From NCBI GenBank assembly GCA_951406725.2, contig OX597814.1, forward strand, positions 170,934,001 through 170,998,000: 64,000 bases of DNA, read 5' to 3'. The position numbers and the translations under genes are program-made. The stretch comes from Octopus vulgaris (taxonomy: Eukaryota). Below the pieces are notes generated by a model. The model was not told the DNA's origin and did not search any database. It saw only the letters and a program-made list of their open reading frames with translations. This document shows positions 26,251 to 39,719 of this stretch, piece by piece (position 1 is the first letter of the stretch; every line of letters begins with the position of its first letter).

Positions 26251-26862
26251 GATATAAGGCCACAGCTGAAAACCTTCCCTTGAGGTTGACAGTGTTAAAA
26301 CACTACCAACCGCTTCTATTCAAACATTTTCTTTCTAAAAATTTATCTTTCTCTTTTCCTTACCATTACTTCATTTATATCTAAATCTGTACAGCCTAAG
26401 ACAGGGAAACATGTTTACGTAGAAATTCACATTTATATGACACCCATGATGGTTGTTTATTGAGTATTCTGATTATTATTATTATTATTATTATTATTAC
26501 GAATGATAATGTCATTAAAATAGAAATTAACAACAACAACAACACGGAATGGAAATGCTTTAATTACTTTAAGGGGAGTTATTTATGTGTGTATACATGT
26601 TGCTCTAACTGGGACAGATATTACAAAGCAACAACATGAACAGGAACCCGTGATAATCCACCCCACTCCTTGTCCATTAATTCTTACATGAAATGTCCTA
26701 GTTTTTAAAAGATTAGAAGTGTTGGGGGTCCTTAAAGTCTGGCACTATTGGAAATCAGATCACTGTATGTATGTGCATGTGACTACACACACACACACAC
26801 ACGCACACACACATATATATATATCATTATTTAATGTCTACCTTCCATGGTAGCATGGATAT

Positions 26863-27075
26863 TCTTTTTTTTCTTTTACTTGTTTCAGTCATTTGACTGC
26901 AGCCATACTGGAGCACTGCCTTTAGTCGAACAAGTCGACCCCAGGACTTATTCTTTGTAAGCTTGTACTTATTTTATCGGTCTCGTTTGTTATGGGATGT
27001 AAACACAGCAACACTGGTTGTGAGGTAATAGTGGGGGGACAAACACAGATACAGATACATACATACATACATACA

Positions 27076-27109
<34 letters not shown>

Positions 27110-27141
27110 AGGTGGGCTTCTTTCAGTTTCTGCCTACCAAA
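26863..27141 (-). mobile_element. SINE family A
   Basis: CTTTTACTTGTTTCAGTCATTTGACTGC...GGGCTTCTTTCAGTTTC with internal (ATAC)n. Confidence 0.85.
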
Positions 27142-27408
27142 TCGTTTTTGTTACATGTTATTGTTTTTGCTGAATAAAATTTGTTGAAAAAAAAGCTGCA
27201 ATAATTATGCAACAATCTAATATATTATATGAACATATATGATGGGCTTCTTTCAAATCTATTACAAGCTTTGGTGTGCCTAGGACTACAGTAGAATACC
27301 TTACCCATGCATTGGGGACTGAACTCAAACTTGTGGTTGAGAAACAAACTTCTAGACCATACACCCATACTTATTCTTACATTTACACACACACGCACAC
27401 ACACACAC

Positions 27409-27414
<6 letters not shown>

Positions 27415-27475
<61 letters not shown>
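27415..27475. repeat. (TA)n microsatellite
   Basis: Direct inspection. Confidence 0.95.
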
Positions 27476-27479
<4 letters not shown>

Positions 27480-28655
27480 TCTGCACAGTTTCCACCAAAT
27501 TCTATTCATAACTATTTGCCAACGTAAGGTTATGATAAAGACACTATATCTAAGGAACTGTGCAATGAGATCAAACTTGGAACCCCTACATTTGCAAAGT
27601 GAGCTTCTTCACTACACAGCCTTGCTTGTGAAATTCTGTGAAATTCTTCACAAACACACTAACATACACATACACACACAAGCACACCCTTTTTACATAT
27701 GCGAAATACATTTACATACAGACACCCACAAAAAACATCACACACAGATATACACATTATCTCAAATAAATCAAGAACTTATGTTCATAAAACTACCATC
27801 TTTTTCTTTTTTTTTTTTTAAATATATATGCAACAAAAGGAGAGAAAAAATTGGTAAGGAAAAAAAATTAACGAAAAACATGAAAAGAAGATAAACCAAC
27901 TAAGGAAGAGAAACCACATTTCAGACTGGATATACAGGAAGGAGGAGTCTTTAAAATGTTTATCTGTATAGACGATCAAAAGTTTCCTGTTTTTCAAGAC
28001 GCTGCTTCTTACTAGTGACTTAGTAAGAAACAAAGAGTAATAAAGATATACAGTGGAAACAGTTAAAAGATATATATAAAAAAAAAAGAAATGAAAAAGA
28101 AAAACAAACAAAAAATCAATAGAAAACCCTCAGATATCCAGAAAGACGCGATATCACAAAAATGTTTCTAAACTAGATTTTGGTGGGGTGGTTGTTTATT
28201 TTCCCCATAAATAAAATTTTTTCTCTACTACTACTAATACTACTTCTCCTATTACTACTGCTACTAAAAACAACAATAATATAAGTAATGAAACTCGAAG
28301 AAAGAAAAAAAAGAAAAAACTTTTAAAAAGTGAAAGAAAGAAAATGTGGCTTAAAATGACAAGCAATCTATACATATGCCAATATGTGCATGTGGAGAGA
28401 GAGAGAGAATGCTTTTGTTGCAAAGGTAGAGGTATTTAACATGATATGGTAAGATATTTAGCAACCTCCAGCGTTTTGTTATCCTCACCTCTCGTTTACA
28501 TGTCTATTCTATATGCACGCTAATGAGGGTTATAGGGGTTTAGAAACTTTCAAACAAATGCAGATAACTTAGTACACCTTGTTTAATTTGTCTCATTGCA
28601 ATATGCAGAGTTTAATGGACCTGAGACAAGTGGATAGCAATAGAACATAAATACC

Positions 28656-28887
28656 ATTTCGTTTTTGTATTTGGTTTGCAAGATTCATTATATGAATTTG
28701 TGTGTTGAAGCATATTTTATTGTGTCTGGGGCAAGTTATTCTCTTTTAGTGCCTTATTACTTAACATAGTCACCAGTTCAATTTGCCAAAAAAAAAAAAG
28801 ATAAGTAAATGAGTAGAAATCGAACCGGTGTGGGTGTTAAATAATAAGGCACTAAAAGAGAATGACTTTCCCCAGACACAATAAATA
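28656..28887. mobile_element. Fold-back family P1 copy with inverted terminal segment
   Basis: TTTGGTTTGCAAGATTC...TGTGTCTGGGG...GTGCCTTATTA then its reverse complement TAATAAGGCAC...CCCCAGACACA. Confidence 0.8.
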
Positions 28888-29439
28888 CTATTGTTTAGAA
28901 ACTAACAAACACTAATTGATACTAAAATTTAGATCCAAACCATGCTCTTCAGTACATTTCAACAAACATTAAAAATATAAAAATGTTTGTAGTTTTGTCA
29001 AAGAAGAAAAGTCACTGGCCATACTTGTTTTCTTTTCCCCTAGGGACTCTGAAACTGGAGAGCAAACAGGAGAAAGAAATACAACCTGTTGGTTATTCTT
29101 GCATCAGAGACCTGGTTAAAGAATGAACTAAAGGAACATAAGGTCCTCATGTTGGTGTTAAACCTGGCAATGAACTAAGTTTACTAACAACAAGTACAGA
29201 ACATTTGCTGGATTTCCATACAGTTTCTGTCTATTCAATTTCATTTACAAGGCTAAGTTGATTAGAAATTATATAGTAAAAAGATGCTCCTCCAGAGAGC
29301 TTATGCAGTGAGCCCGGCAAGTGGATTTCATTGATGGAAACTGAAAGAAGCCTATAGTAAATGTGTACATAAAATCAAAGGATCAAAGTTCCACACCAAG
29401 CCATATGCTCAACAAGTCAGTTCCTTGGATTCTGTAACA

Positions 29440-29622
29440 TATACATTTCACCCCCGGATGGAACACTGGTCCATTGCATGATTACTCCCTTTCGCTAGCT
29501 GAGTGAACTGGAGCAACATGAAATGAAGTGTCTTGCTCAAGACCACAATGCATCACCTAGCCCAGGAAATAAACCCAGAATCATACATCATGAGTGGAAC
29601 ATCCTAAACACTAAGCCACACA
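29440..29622 (-). mobile_element. tRNA-derived SINE family E
   Basis: AGCTGAGTGAACTGGAGCAACATGAAATG..CACTAAGCCAC is the reverse complement of the 46707 head/core. Confidence 0.75.
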
Positions 29623-31234
29623 CTCACACACATGAACTATGTATGTATGTATGTATGTATGAAGGTATGTATGTATATGTGTATGTATGTGTGTATGTAT
29701 GTATGAGTGTATGTATGTATGTATGTATGTATGTATGTATGAGTGTATGTATGAGTGTATGTATGAGTGTATGAGTGTGTATATGTTTGTTGAGAATGCA
29801 TGATTGTTATAAATGTATAGCATTTATTTCTAATATTCTGCAAAAACATGTTTGACCATGGGCAAATATAACCTTGCTTGGAAACAGGTGAGGGTTGGCA
29901 ACAGGAAGGGTATCTGGCTGTAGAAAAAAATCTGCCACAATAAGCTGTTTGACCCATGCAAACAAGAAAAAGTGAATATTAAAACAATGACAATTACACA
30001 TACACACACACGTATATATTTATTTATTTATGCGTGTGTGTGTGTGTGTGTCCGTGCGTGTGAGTGAGAGAGAGAGAGTGTGTGTGTGTATGTGTGAGTT
30101 TTTATATCACATTGCACTACCAGCTTGTTTAAATTGTATATCCTAGACAAAAGAATTTCCTTAAACAGTGTTGGCATAATAGCATGGAAGTCTCTATTTG
30201 ACAGGTTGATTAGATAATTAAATCCATTTGCTGCTTAGTAATGGCCTACATCAGCAAGACCCAACAGGTCCTAGCAATATAAAAGAAAAAACCCGTATAG
30301 GCAGAATACACACCCTCACTCCAAAAATACATGATTTATTCCTAGGAATTTATTATTTTTTTTTTTTTGTAAAGTATCAACCAGGAAACAATAACAACAG
30401 CCAAATGCACAATAACAATTTGAAGCTAATTTACATTTTCAATGTTGATATATGGCCGTGAATAACAAAATCAGTGGAGTATCAGACAGATAACTTGTAA
30501 GTTCAAATCATCTGTAAGTTAACTTTTACCCTTGCCCTTCTGATTTTGCTAAAATCAAATATCTGTTAAGTGCTGCGGTAGATAATTTGATATTCCCTTC
30601 AAGGCAAGTATACTGATATGGCTACTAGTAACAGAATAAGAGAATACTTTTAACTAACTTGCATTTTTATTGGGTTTTTTTTTTTTAATAGGTTATAATT
30701 ACAGAAGCAAATGTCTTCAAAGAAAACCCCACAACTTAAAGAAATCAGGATCAGACAGCAAGTCTTATTGCAGATAACATTTTCAAAAGATCTGGCACCT
30801 ATACCTCTAATAGTAAATATGTGAAATGTTGTATCCATTTTAGCCAAGTTTGTACTTTTCCATGTTAGCATAGCAGCACTTTCAATGAATTTGGTGAAGT
30901 AATCCACTTGGAATATATCCATTTTACTGTACAGATCCAATAATGAGGCCTATACACTGACTCTTATTGTGGTTTGACTGGCAGGAAATACTAGCAGGAA
31001 AATGAATGAATATACAGGAAGAAATAGTCCTCAATGTAACAGACCAAAATAAAAAAATAAATAGATAAAAAACATGAGAGAGAGAAAGTGGGGGGGGGGG
31101 GGGAGTATGGTTAAGACTAAATAGTGTTGGAATGATGCAAGTTCACAGAATGAGAAAATATCATCCAGATATTAAAAATATCAATACAAGTGGAAAGAAA
31201 ATAGAATCAGAAGTAGATGATGTAAAACAGAATA

Positions 31235-31530
31235 GCCAAGGAGTGGCTGTGTGGTAAGTAGCTTGCTAACCAACCACACGGTTGCGGGTTCAGTCCCACT
31301 GCGTGGCATCTTGGGCAAGTGTCTTCTGCTATAGCCCCGGGCCGACCAATGCCTTGTGAGTGGATTTGGTAGACGGAAACTGAAAGAAGCCTGTCGTATA
31401 TATGTATATATATGTATATGTGTGTGTGTTTGTGTGTCTGTGTTTGTCCCCCTAGCATTGCTTGACAACCGATGCTGGTGTGTTTAGGTCCCCGTCACTT
31501 AGCGGTTTGGCAAAAAGAGACCGATAGAAT
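31235..31530 (+). mobile_element. SINE family A, well preserved, 3'-truncated, flanked by 72-bp direct repeats
   Basis: GGAGTGGCTGTGTGGTAAG A-box, GGGTTCAGTCCC B-box-like; 31163-31234 equals 31531-31602 with one mismatch. Confidence 0.9.
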
Positions 31531-31971
31531 ATCCAGATATTAAAAATATCAATACAAGTGGAAAGAAAATAGAATCAGGAGTAGATGATGTAAAACAGAA
31601 TAATCAAAGGAAAATGTCGACAAATTTATAGTGTCAACTACACAGATATTGGTAATTTACTGGTTTCCATTCATGGACCATGGCAATCAATTCCCCAGTG
31701 TAAGTGTGTAAGGGTTTTTTAGTCCCTTTACAAATCCTGTGGCTATTTTATCCATCGACATTTGAGAAGTTGCTAAGTTGTGGGGCATTAAGGAACACAA
31801 TATAAGCAACATACATATACAAAAGGCTTCTGCACAGTTTTCATTCACCAAACCACTCTCATAAAGAACTGGTCAATCTGGGGCTGTAGAAGATACTTGC
31901 TTTGGGTAATATGTAGTGAGATCAAAATCGGAGCCACATGGTTGAAAAGTGAACTTCCTTAGCTATAAGCA

Positions 31972-32008
<37 letters not shown>

Positions 32009-32011
32009 CAT

Positions 32012-32137
32012 TCATCATCATCATCATTATCATCGTTTAACGTCCGCTTTCCATGCTAGCATGGGTTGGACGGTTCAACTGGGGTCTGGCAAGCCCGAAG
32101 GCTGCACCAGGCCAGTCAGATCTGGCAGTGTTTCTAC
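32012..32137 (-). mobile_element. Family B 3' fragment
   Basis: (CAT)n CGTTTAACGTCCGCTTTCCATGCTAGC...GGCAGTGTTTCTAC. Confidence 0.9.
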
Positions 32138-32472
32138 ATTATATAAACATTAAGTGTGTATGTATATAGGTATGTGTTTGTTTGTTTGTTTATATTTGAG
32201 ATGCTCTGAAAACCACTGGTCTACAAGCCATGGTATTGTCACGTCTTCTGTCAACAAATCAGCTAGTGCTTTGAAGACATGTGAAATAGGAGATCCCTTG
32301 CTTCAAAAACAGTTAAGGATTAGCAACAGAAAGGGCATTTGTCTCTAAAACAATGGCTCCATAATACATTCATCCAATCTATGATAGCTTGGAAGAAACA
32401 AAAAAAATAAAAACAAAGTAAAAATTAATCAACACACACACACACACACGAGCTAATATATGTTTTGTTTTT

Positions 32473-32762
32473 GTCCATTGCGTGATCACTCATTTTTGCA
32501 AGCTGAGTGGACTGGAGCAACATGAAATGAAGTGTCTTGCTCAAGAACACAATGCATCACCTAGCCCAGGAAATAAACCCAGAATCATACATCGAGTGGA
32601 ACATCCTAAACACTAAGCCACACACTTCCACACACTCACACGTGTTACATATTTATGTACGCATGTATGTGTGTGTGTGTGTATGTTTGTTGAGAATGCA
32701 TGATTGTTATAAATGTATAGCATTCATTCCTAATATTCTGCAAAAACATGTCTGACCATGGG
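32473..32762. repeat. Local duplicate of 29469-29862 (family E fragment, microsatellite, old family B fragment)
   Basis: Shared idiosyncratic CACCTAGCCCAGGAAATAAACCCAGAATCATACATC and GTTTGTTGAGAATGCATGATTGTTATAAATG in the same order. Confidence 0.8.
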
Positions 32763-32906
32763 GACTGACTCATAGCCGATTTTCAAGTAAAGGATTTCAT
32801 ACTTTTACATGTGTCCAAAGGCGCCAACGGGTGATTTGCCAAGAGAAGAAATGACAACACCGCTTGTAGCCCGGTTGTTTAAGGAGAAGCACAAATGTAA
32901 ACAAAT

Positions 32907-32937
<31 letters not shown>

Positions 32938-33792
32938 ATGGGCTTCTTTCAGTTTCCATCAACCAAATCTTACACACAAGGTTTCAGGGGCAGCCCGGGT
33001 CTATAAGAGGAGGAGACAGTTGCTCTAAGTGCCATGCAGTGGGACTAAACACCAAACGACATGGTTGGGTTGAGAAGCATATGGGGGTGTATACATACAC
33101 CCCCATACCATCATCTTCCATCAACACAATTTGTGTCACTAAAAGGCCTTTCTAACAGATAGAATATGAGTGGAACTGTTTCACAAATTGTTCATTTTCC
33201 TTCATACACACACCCAACCACACCCATATACACTCTTCTTCTACTTCTTCTTCTCATACAATTATTTTATCCAAGTTATCCTCTTGATTGTCATAGACTT
33301 GAAGTAAGCACTTAAATGATTACCAGATCTTCTTATTGTTGTTGGTTTTTTTTTTTTTTTTTAATCCAATAGAAAATTTGCTAATGCAACTTAGTTTAGA
33401 ACAAATGCTCTTAAGACTGTTAGCAAAATAGAATTGGTAATCAAAAAGAGCGTTTTGAATCCAGTCATGTGTAAACCGGATTATAAACGATGCTTCAATG
33501 AAGACAATACCATGTGGTACCTTTAATTTGCTTTTATTTTATAGTTTCTTCTATACTATTTTTGTTTTGCTTTTGTTTTAAAAATAATAAATCAAATTGT
33601 CAAACAACAGTAGCATTGTTATTGTTTATTTCAAGAATAATTCTGAAAGTCTAAAAGACTGCATTCTTTAATATGGGGTGAAATTAGAAATAGCAGCCAT
33701 GGGGAGGTGAGCATGGAGAACTGACAATTTAAATGCTTTTGAATATTTGATAGTATTTGAAGTGTCATTAAACAGGTGCAAGCTAGTAATTG

Positions 33793-33825
<33 letters not shown>

Positions 33826-34499
33826 TAATATATATAAATCTATAATATCATATAATATTAACAGATGATTGATTACATAAATGATAAAATCATTTTTAAA
33901 CATCTCTCCTCAAATCTGTTGGAAAGTATGTAATTTTTGCAAACCATACAGTCTCAGCATGTTTAGTTAATTCTTTGTTTAAAAATGGACTTCATCAGCA
34001 CCAAATATGAATATTAAAGGAAAAAAAAAGTTTACAAAAACAAAATAAAACAAGGACCTTATTGCCAAGATATCTGAATGCAATTTCAAAAATGATTATA
34101 TGACATAAATATAATCATTAATAAATTATTTTTATGTGCATTTGCTAGATAAAAACATGTCATGAAAATCATCTGTCTGTATTGGGCAAAGACAACTTTA
34201 ATTTGTTATGTTGTAAACCCTTTCATTAACAAATGTATTGAGAATCTTTTAAAACTATTGAAAACCATGTAAAGTATGTATTATAAACTGAAAGAACAAA
34301 ATGTGTAGATATATGTATTATTAAACTCATTTCTAATGTTAATAGCAAGAGAGAAGAATTGACAACAGAATACTTCATTTTTGTCTTCGCGAAATGTTGG
34401 TACAGTGCAAAATATCAAGACAAGTAGGTTTTTCCTGTGCCATCACCTTTGTGATGCATTATCTAATCAAGGCATGGATTGGAATATTAACTGGTTCAT

Positions 34500-34885
34500 A
34501 AGGTAGCAAGCTGGCACAATGATTTGCACACCAGAATCAAAGTGCTCAACAGCATTTCTTTCGGCTCTTTACATTTGGAGTTCAAATCCCACTGAGGTTG
34601 ATTTTGGCTTTCATCCTTTCAGAATTTGATAAAATAATGTATCAGTCAGGCACCAGTGGAAGGTATATTCGACTTCTCCCCTCCCCTGAAAAGTTGCTAG
34701 CAGTTAACCCTGCAGCATACCAGTATCTTGTTCAAGAGGAGAGTTCAAATTCTGCCGAGGTCGACTTTGCCTTTCATCCTTTTGGGGTCGATAAATTAAG
34801 TATCAGTTGTGTACTGGGGTTGAGCTAATTAACTGGGCCCCCTCCCCCAAAATTTCTGGCCTTGTGCCTAGAGTAGAAAAGAATA
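34500..34885 (+). mobile_element. Two adjacent SINE family C pieces
   Basis: GAGTTCAAAT(C/T)C..GAGGT(C/T)GA..CTTTCATCCTTT at ~34578 and ~34741. Confidence 0.8.
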
Positions 34886-35386
34886 TTATGAGCTTGGTCG
34901 TTTACATGCCAAGGTAACCACGTAACTAGCCTTTAGCCTTATTAGCCATAAGGCAAAAAAGAAGAAAAAAATACCAGTACATTTACCCTTAACCCACTCT
35001 CGCATAATTAATCACAGATTACTTATACACTCCATTTGCAGAACATTGATGGCAAAACTGTACATGTCAATAAAGTGCTCTCACAAACATATACAACAAA
35101 CAACACTCAACCTAAATAGATTGCATCTCCAACAACTCACACATGTGTGATATACATTTCTCTTCAGCAGGTGGTCAACCGTTTACAGTTATTGACCTGT
35201 GATTTTATATTATCCATATAGTATCACAACTGAGGGTTAATAATGCAAACCTTAACCTGAACTGACATAAAATAGAACTTGCATAGCAAATAAGTTTGAA
35301 GGAAAAATTGCCAATTTTACTAAATTAAAGGTGAACAAAGAAATTTTAAACTGAAATCTTAACATTTAGGAAATATCTAAACATTA

Positions 35387-35617
35387 TTTCTTTACTACCC
35401 ACAAGGGGCTAAACACAGAAGGAACAAACAAGGACAGACAAACGGATTAAGTCGATTATATCGACCTCAGTGTGTAACTGGTACTTAATTTATCGACCCC
35501 GAAAGGATGAAAGGCAAAATCGACCTCAGCGGAAATTGAACTCAGAACGTAATGGCAGGTGAAATACCGCTCGGCATTTCACTTGACGTGCTACCGATTC
35601 TGCCAGCTTGCCACCTT
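35387..35617 (-). mobile_element. SINE family C, full length, ~25-bp TSD
   Basis: Reverse complement of 60348-60585; ATTTAGGAAATATYTAAAYATTATT at 35364-35388 and 35618-35642. Confidence 0.9.
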
Positions 35618-37998
35618 ATTTAGGAAATATTTAAATATTATTACAAATTGTTCTTTATTCATTCATTTATTTATTAGATTCATACAAATATAAAAATGTG
35701 AAATGAGCATTTTGGAAAGAAACTGGAGTATTCTATAAAAGAGAAAAAAAGACGCATACACAAAAATTTCTATTTTAATTTTTTAGTTTTTTGCCTGCAG
35801 AACTATTTATGACTCCTTGTCTTCGACAGTTTAAAAGCTAACTTCTTTGTAATCTCTGTTAAAAGAAACAAGGAAATCCTTTACCATTCTATAGCAACTT
35901 GTGCTTAATTTTTTTATTTCTATCAAAGACGGTTGCATCTTATATACTATCCATCGAATTCAGTCAGTTGGAAACTGGTCCATATTATGCATTCAGAGGG
36001 TGAATATTAGCTATTACACTTCTTTTTTCTTTGTTTTGTTTTTTTAACTATGAGATATAAGCATACTTCTTTCTAAACATGAGAAGCGTAATAATCATGA
36101 CTGGAAAAATGATTGCTTCTTTAAGACACACTGGCTGTATAGCATAGCTTACATTAGATAATACAGTCCTAAGTACTCAATGCCTAAAATAAATGACTCG
36201 GTCACAACTGAAATGCTTTTGATCTTAAGATCTGCCTATAAAAATAATAACATTTATTTACAATGAGCTAATGAAGGAACCTCAATGTGAACATGCACTC
36301 TGCCAGAAATAGCAACAAAGTCTCCCTCAAAGCATACCCCACCATATACTGAAATATGGTATTAAAGCAGTTAATATTCTCTAATGTAGTGCTAGAAACA
36401 TCGTCCTAAATAAAGACTGCAATAAATCTAGGATGATCAGGGGTTTACTCAATCAGGGCTGACCTGGGACTCAGCAACAGTTAATAAAAAAAAAAAATGA
36501 AAAACTGAAAAGATAAATTTCAGTGACAGTGAAATAGATTGATTCCCTGAATTCACCTTGAGTAATACATCATAACACTGCTGACATATCATACTTAATT
36601 TTTCCTTATTAAGTTGCAATATGACATGAAAATATAGCTTCCAAACTGCTCTTAGGAATTTATTAATTACCGACATTTAAATAAATGGTATTAATATTTG
36701 ACGTACTTATCTCTACATAGTTTAGCATATGTTTTTCGCAACACAAGAGATTTAAAAGAGAAGCAAAAAATGCATTGTTATATGCCTAGTACTTATTCTA
36801 TTGGTCTCTTTTGCCGAACTGCTAAGTTATGGGGATGTAAACACACCAACATCAGTTATCAAAGGATGATGGGGATACAAACAGACACACAAATATATAC
36901 ATATCTATATATATGTAAAATTCTTTGTCTGTCTGTTCCCTATGCATTGTCAAATAACTTCACCAAATCAAATCAAATTTCACAATGTATAATAATAATA
37001 ATTATTATTATTATATAATAATTATAATAATAATTATTATATAATAATATATAGATATATACATATCTATATATAATGTAAAATCCCTATGCATTCTCAA
37101 ATAACTTCACCAAATCAAATTTCACAAGGTAATAGTATCACAGCCCGCAAGTGTCAACATGTAATTTTTATTTTCATTTGGATTGAAACGATATAAAATT
37201 TTCTTGAAAATGATCTTTCTATAGCCAACTATAGTAACGAACATTTTATACCATGACGACATCACACCTCTATCATTCTCTTTTCATTCTGTCAACTGTT
37301 CTGTCTAGCGTTTACCATTGTGATGATGTCTGGTACCAAAAAAGTTATTACAGCTGTTTTTCATTGTTTACAATCTTCTGTACTAGTGTATTTGTGTACA
37401 CCAACACATGAACAAAATGTTAGAAAGGCTGAAAGGTCAAACAGAAACACCATACCAGTGTATTTGTGCATCAGTATTTACTGATGTAAATACAACCATG
37501 TTGTAGCGGTTTCTGGTACCAAAAAAAAAATTACTACAGTTACTTTCATTGTTTACAATGTTCTGTACCTGTGTATTTTTGTATCAGTAAATAACTATGG
37601 GTAGATATTTCGTAAAGGTTAATTTCATCATTAAGACCATGGTAGTAGTATGTCCTTCTCCATCTGTAGATTTTTTTTCCCTGATGAAATTAACCTCTCT
37701 GTCTATGTATCTACCCTCTTTGCAATGTTGGCAAATGAAATAAGTATAAAAATGTATATTGTCCATTTAATTAAAAAATTCTATATGTGGCTGAAGATTG
37801 CTTGACATTTTAAAACTGATGTAATACAGTGTTTAATAAAATGAAGTAGCATGAAACGATTGTACTACACTACCTTGGATATCCTTGTTGCTTATTTTGA
37901 TTGTAATCACCCCATTTGATTTATATGGATAATACCATACCAAATTCTGGTGCCTTTAACTTAAGTACCATATTCATCTGAATCTAAATTTTGTTGAA

Positions 37999-38000
<2 letters not shown>

Positions 38001-38050
<50 letters not shown>
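38001..38050. repeat. (TA)n microsatellite
   Basis: Direct inspection. Confidence 0.95.
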
Positions 38051-38055
<5 letters not shown>

Positions 38056-38125
38056 AAGTTTTGTCAGCGAACAGGTTGCAGTTTCAAAGCGATGAAAATA
38101 TTTTGACACAAATTAAATTTAAATG

Positions 38126-38130
<5 letters not shown>
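38051..38130 (+). mobile_element. Fragment of fold-back family P2 with hammerhead-like motif, between (TA)n tracts
   Basis: GAAAATATTTTGACA..AAATGTTGAA matches the right arm of 38502-38814. Confidence 0.65.
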
Positions 38131-38167
<37 letters not shown>

Positions 38168-38168
<1 letters not shown>

Positions 38169-38268
38169 TCAGCAGATGTTACAGAGTGACTTAAGGGTAA
38201 TGAGTTTTGTGCATTGACATTTAAAGCACAAAACTCTCATTCCATGAGTTACTGTAATTTCTGCTGAT
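38168..38268. repeat. ~100-bp imperfect hairpin / small MITE
   Basis: ATCAGCAGA..TTACAG..GAGTTTTGTGC / GCACAAAACTC..CTGTAA..TCTGCTGAT. Confidence 0.7.
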
Positions 38269-38501
38269 TAATAAAAAATAATATATATATATATGTATAC
38301 ACAATTGCAGCGTGGAAGGTGTTTATAAGCCATTTAAGAAACACACAAAAGCCTTCATTTAAGTGATGCAATATCTGTAGCTTGTATGGATGAAACTTTT
38401 CCTCAACCAGCATTTAGAAAAGTAAAGTATTTTTTTGTATTTAATTTAAACAAAAGTAAAAAAGGAAAAATTATTATTTCTTATATTTAATTGTTTATTA
38501 C

Positions 38502-38814
38502 GGAGATGTACTTGCATAGCAAGTGATTTGATCTGAGATCGTGTGCTGAAACGAAAACAATTGCAGCGTGGAAGGTGTTTGTAAGCCATTTAAGAAACAC
38601 ACAAAAGCCGTTCGATTCACTTCAACATTTAAGTTTAATTTGTCAAAATATTTTAGCGCCGAAAATATTTTGACAAATTAAACTTAAATGTTGAAGTGAA
38701 TCGAACGGCTTTTGTGTGTTTCTTAAATGGCTTATAAACACCTTCCACGCTGCAATTGTTTTCGTTTCAGCACACGATCTCAGATCAAATTACTTGCTAT
38801 GCGAGTACATCTCC
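38502..38814. repeat. 313-bp near-perfect palindrome (family P2; 153-bp arms, 7-nt spacer)
   Basis: GGAGATGTAC...AAAATATTTT agcgccg AAAATATTTT...GTACATCTCC; three mismatches by eye. Confidence 0.95.
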
Positions 38815-39719
38815 TACATATGTATATATTTCTTTTATTCTTTCACTGATTTCAGTGAAGTGTAACCATGTTAGGGTTTTTAGTTGACCACATCAAACCC
38901 CAGTGAATATTCCAGGAGGCAGCTTATTTTACTGGTCTAAATTTATGGAATAGCTATCGATTTTTGACACAATCATAGTTTTTACGTTGAAATAAAATTT
39001 AATTGCATACTTAACAATGTGTGTGTGTGTGTGTGTGTGTGCGTGCGCACGCTGAGCAAAAACATTTTTTTGCAATCATTTCTTAGTGCTCTATTGGAAT
39101 AATGTGTGTCATGTAGACTCCCATTACGTACAGAACATTCATGAAAACAATTGTTTACCAACCGTCTGCAATTAAATAAGCACTGAACAATACACTAATA
39201 ATATTAAATTGTTACAGCTATTTCAAGACAAATATCAACAGAATTTATTACACAAGATTCTGCCAGTGAGCATACATATCCCACAGCATACTGTGAAATG
39301 ACATCAAATCAATACTGCTTGGCCTACCTGTACTTACATGTTACAAATACATGTACCTCTCAGCCTTTCCTTTTAAAATATCTCTATCTCTTATTATAAA
39401 CTTTAATCTAGTATATATCAAAGACTGATGGCCCTTCTATACTGAAATTACAAAAACTGAAGTGTTTCTTGGTCTTTCACACTGTTGAACAATTTGTTTA
39501 AATTCTAAGGGGTTTTAGGTTTTCTTATAATCAAAACGTTAGTGTCATTTTTTTCCTCTCTTTCTTTAGCTATTTGACGGCTCTGATCAGCTTACGTTCA
39601 TTATGCATTCTTGTGCAGTTCTTTTAACAAAAATAAATATGTATTTCAAGTTGATAAAATTATTAATCACATTACGTAAAGAAATAAAAGATAAGACAAT
39701 GTCAATGAGAAATCAAACA

